A DNA stretch of 63,829 nucleotides, the filler included, from Klebsormidium nitens (lineage: Eukaryota; Plantae; Klebsormidiophyceae), in the NCBI GenBank assembly GCA_000708835.1. It is 7 parts of 7 records of this genome, joined end to end, with 100 filler letters (N's around TTAATTAATTAA, not from the genome) between each part and the next. Parts side by side here need not be neighbours in the genome. Positions count along the whole stretch, not along the records: positions 55,957 to 61,535 come from DF238449.1; positions 61,636 to 63,829 come from DF237773.1; 5 more parts are not named here. One strand, given 5' to 3'. The notes beneath the pieces were generated by a model that was not told the origin of the DNA, searched no databases, and was given only the letters and a program-made list of their open reading frames with translations. This document shows, in pieces, positions 61,090 to 63,829 of the stretch (position 1 is the stretch's first letter; each line of letters opens with the position of its first letter). The translations under genes and the position numbers were made by a program.

Positions 61090-61535
61090 GATATCTTTGC
61101 GCCATTGACGACAGTGCATAATTGGTAGTATGGTTGCTGACGTCATCAAGCATGCTCAATCTCAAAAGGTGCTCCAAGAACTCGGACACTCGAACACCTT
61201 TGCGCTGTCGATTACAATGGTTCATTGGTGGCATGGTTGCTGACGTCATCTAGCATGCTCAATCTCGAAAGGTGTTCCAAGAACTCGGACACTCGGACAC
61301 CTTCGCGCCATTGATTACAGCGGATCATTGGTGGCATGATTGCTGACGTCATCAAGCATACTCAATCTCAAAAGGTGTTCCAAGAACTCGGACACTCGGA
61401 CACCTTCGCGCCAGTGATTACAGTGGATTATTGGCGGCATGGTTGCTAACGTCATTAAGCATGCTCGATCTCAAAAGGTGCTCCAAGAACTCGGACACTC
61501 GGACACCTTCGCGCCATTGATTACAGTGGATTATA
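61090..61535 (-). repeat. Satellite array with a 103-bp unit (right arm), homologous to but inverted relative to 58065-59725; cut by the scaffold end
   Basis: T(G/A)ACGTCA at 61138, 61241, 61344 and 61447; ACTCGGACACTCGGACACCTTCGCGCCA is the reverse complement of the left-arm TGGCGCGAAGGTGTCCGAGTGTCCGAGT-type core. Confidence 0.9.
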
Positions 61536-61635
61536 NNNNNNNNNNNNNNNNNNNNNNNNNNNNNNNNNNNNNNNNNNNNTTAATTAATTAANNNNNNNNN
61601 NNNNNNNNNNNNNNNNNNNNNNNNNNNNNNNNNNN
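61536..61635. other. Artificial scaffold spacer
   Basis: 44N-TTAATTAATTAA(61580-61591)-44N. Confidence 0.98.
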
Positions 61636-62205
61636 GTATGGCGGTTGATCCTTCCTTCCTGCCAAGGTTGATGCGGCACTGTCAGAACCACTTTTACTTC
61701 TTTCCGCGACGAAAAGGCAGAGCAATCAGAGGTGGAGAAGGCTGCTGACGTGATATCACGAGAGGGAAGCAGAACTCATGATCAGAGCGTGGCGAACACT
61801 AGGCAAGAAAAAGTTCTGCTTTTCACCAGGCGGAATCAGCCTGAATCTTCGCAATCGTTGTTACTATATGCAAACGTGTTCCCTCAGGCACGTTTGCTGT
61901 TCTGTTCAGAAGCATCCAGGGTTATTTCTACATTACTTTCAAGTGTCCACAACTTGACCTTTGGGAATTCTCAAACGTTAGGGCGATCAATCAGAAAAGG
62001 TGTCATATAAAGTAGGCGCTGACTCCCTTCCCTAGAAGCAGTGCACACAAGCGGCGCACTGATAAGAGAGGGCTGTGTCAAGGCAATCACAATGAGTCTG
62101 TCGCAAGTGGAAAGTGTATTGTGAGTTCTTCAAGACCCACCAAGACAAGGGGCCCCTCCAGATGCAACCCATCATGACCTTCTTAACCTGTTTCACAAGC
62201 TTGCT

Positions 62206-63426
62206 TTAAGCACTTACCCTGCCAAGTTCCTGTCCAGTCTCTTCGAGAATCTTCACAAAGGCCGACAGTCCCGACCCCGGCATGTGCTCCTGCGTCTTGT
62301 CCCAGTGCTTCAGCATTGCAACACTATACAGCGTTACTACCTTCGTCACTGTCCCCACCCAGTATCCGAGCTGCAACGCCTCAGCCCCATCTTGAACCTG
62401 AATGCAGGGGCAGTTCTCCGTCTGACACTTAAAGGCAGCTTTTTGGAAGTCGAACCTCCCCTCAAGAGTGACGACCGCCCACTTCTCAGAGACTGCTTGT
62501 GCTGGACCCCAAGCTGTCTGCTTGCAGTGCGCACAGGGGCGCAGGGGCGGTTGAGCAAAACACTTGCCTACGTTGATCAGCTGGCCATTGACAACAGCTT
62601 GGGTGGGGCTGAGGGGAGACCAAAAGCCTTCTGCTTTTAGTATGGAGCGGTGGTGGAAATGAGCATAGGGGTGATAGCTCTCATCACACTCAGCGCAGAT
62701 TGCGCGGCCCCCTGTGCACTCCTGACATCGCAGTATGCCGACACCTTGGCACCCCTGAGAGGTGCACGCCGACTCTCCTTCCATAGGAATAGCCTCTTGC
62801 CGGAGCAACTCTGCCGCAATCGATGGGCGGCCCTCCACGTAAGCCCGGTACTCCCTTTCAGTCCGGACTGCCCAGTCGCGCTCCGCCTCACCCTCGTCAG
62901 CCTCCTCCTCAAACCACTGAGGCACCGAAGCTGCCCCTGGTCCCCCAGCAGTGCCAGCACAACGTGCGCCATCATCGTTTCTGTGGTTGCCCCCTCCCTG
63001 ATCATCTACCCTGCCGCCCACCTGATCACCCCCTCTTTCTTCGCCAGCCCCACCTCTTTGGGTTTGACTCCGATCCTGCGCCGGAGGCGCACTCTTGCTC
63101 TGCGCCTTCCTCCTCCTTGCTGACCTTGGGGCTGCGCTACGGACTGGCACGCCATCAGCGAACACCCGTTCTCGGCCATCATAGGATGCGCTGCGCTCGC
63201 TTGCGGAAGAGGCAGCCCCTGAGCCTGAGATGCTCCGGCTCGCTGTCCGCCCCGAGCTTTGTCTGCTCTGCAAGTCCTCACTCTCCTCTTCATTCTGAAG
63301 AGGCACATCATCATGCTTCCTTTTGCTGGGAAGGTGGGTTGGCGGGGACTGCTCAGCAGAGGAAGAGGATACAGCTGGGCTTTTAAGATCAGAAAGCTGC
63401 TCTTCTGAACTCTCTGATGAGTCCAT
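62206..63426 (-). mobile_element. Exon of a Zisupton-like KDZ transposase carrying the CxC3 cysteine cluster
   Basis: Disordered N-terminus, then C..C..LRCQEC..CAECDESYHPYAHFHHR..FWSPLSP, CAHC, VVTLEGRFDF..FKC..C, LGYWVGT..TLYS, PGSGLSAFVKILE..GR; GTAAGT donor after 62218. Confidence 0.7.
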
Positions 63427-63829
63427 GACTCAAAAGAGCCTCTCCTTTCTATGTGCGGTCAGATCTGACTCACAGTCACCCTGCAGGGCCTTGAGACTAG
63501 CTGCAAGCTAGAATTGATAGCAATGCCAGAGGAAAGGGCAGAGTTAAGAGCTCCAACACCTAGAAGAAGCTGCTAACAAGCCAATACTAGCTGGATGAAG
63601 GCCCTGCAGGCTAATCCGGTCAGATTGACTCCAACCAGGGCTCGAGGGATCTGCAATCGCGCCCTGACTCTTTGAGCTCCAGTTGCAAACGCCACCTTTT
63701 GACCTTTGACGGGTTGAGAGCTGGTGAGTGTGGAGAGGAACTTGGGTCTAGCAGCGGCCGGCAATGGCGGCATATGGACTCAGCTCCATAGACTTATGAC
63801 GGCCGTCACATACGGGTAAGACCGTCGAC

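Noticed and set aside
58065-61535. CRISPR-array interpretation of the 103-bp and 96/78-bp arrays
   Set aside because: Units are contiguous homologous repeats without unique spacers, there are no cas genes, and the context is eukaryotic.
62284-63386. Plus-strand ORFs (118, 157 and 187 aa)
   Set aside because: Antisense to the CxC3 exon; low-complexity translations.
32994-63829. One continuous endogenous giant virus or giant transposon
   Set aside because: Interrupted by four artificial spacers, so adjacency is not real; no hallmark structural genes seen.

Overview
Eukaryotic nuclear DNA with GT-AG spliced genes and GC3-rich exons. The plant-type PDH E1-alpha, Pol lambda, ITPK and clan-86 P450, plus TTTTAGGG telomere repeats, point to a streptophyte alga such as Klebsormidium (inference). 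The window is not one locus. It is seven scaffolds joined by six identical artificial 100-bp spacers (44 N + TTAATTAATTAA + 44 N), so nothing can be linked across 13350, 32894, 45448, 52840, 55857 or 61536. Scaffold 1 (1-13349) is a Ty1/Copia cluster: one decayed autonomous element, one complete 2.9-kb gag-protease-only element with a TATTA TSD, and one chimeric relic; the first two have half-tRNAiMet primer sites. Scaffold 2 (13450-32893) is host gene space (mitochondrial PDH E1-alpha, DNA polymerase lambda, ITPK) ending in a telomere. Scaffolds 3-7 are accessory DNA. They carry a spliced, decayed PrimPol/UL9-like origin-binding helicase fusion bracketed by hairpin-motif repeats and followed by a tandem Bro-N-like gene; a CYP86-clan fragment; an EsV-1-7 repeat gene; a CxC4/KDZ-type transposase whose 1270-bp intron is almost filled by two convergent ORFs; a Crinkler-type PD-(D/E)xK nuclease end; a D5-type SF3 helicase exon between two inverted 103-bp satellite arrays; and a CxC3 Zisupton-like transposase. 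The best candidates for undescribed biology are the primase-helicase element, the intron-nested ORF pair and the foldback-like D5 element. All domain calls are by-eye motif recognition, not database searches.
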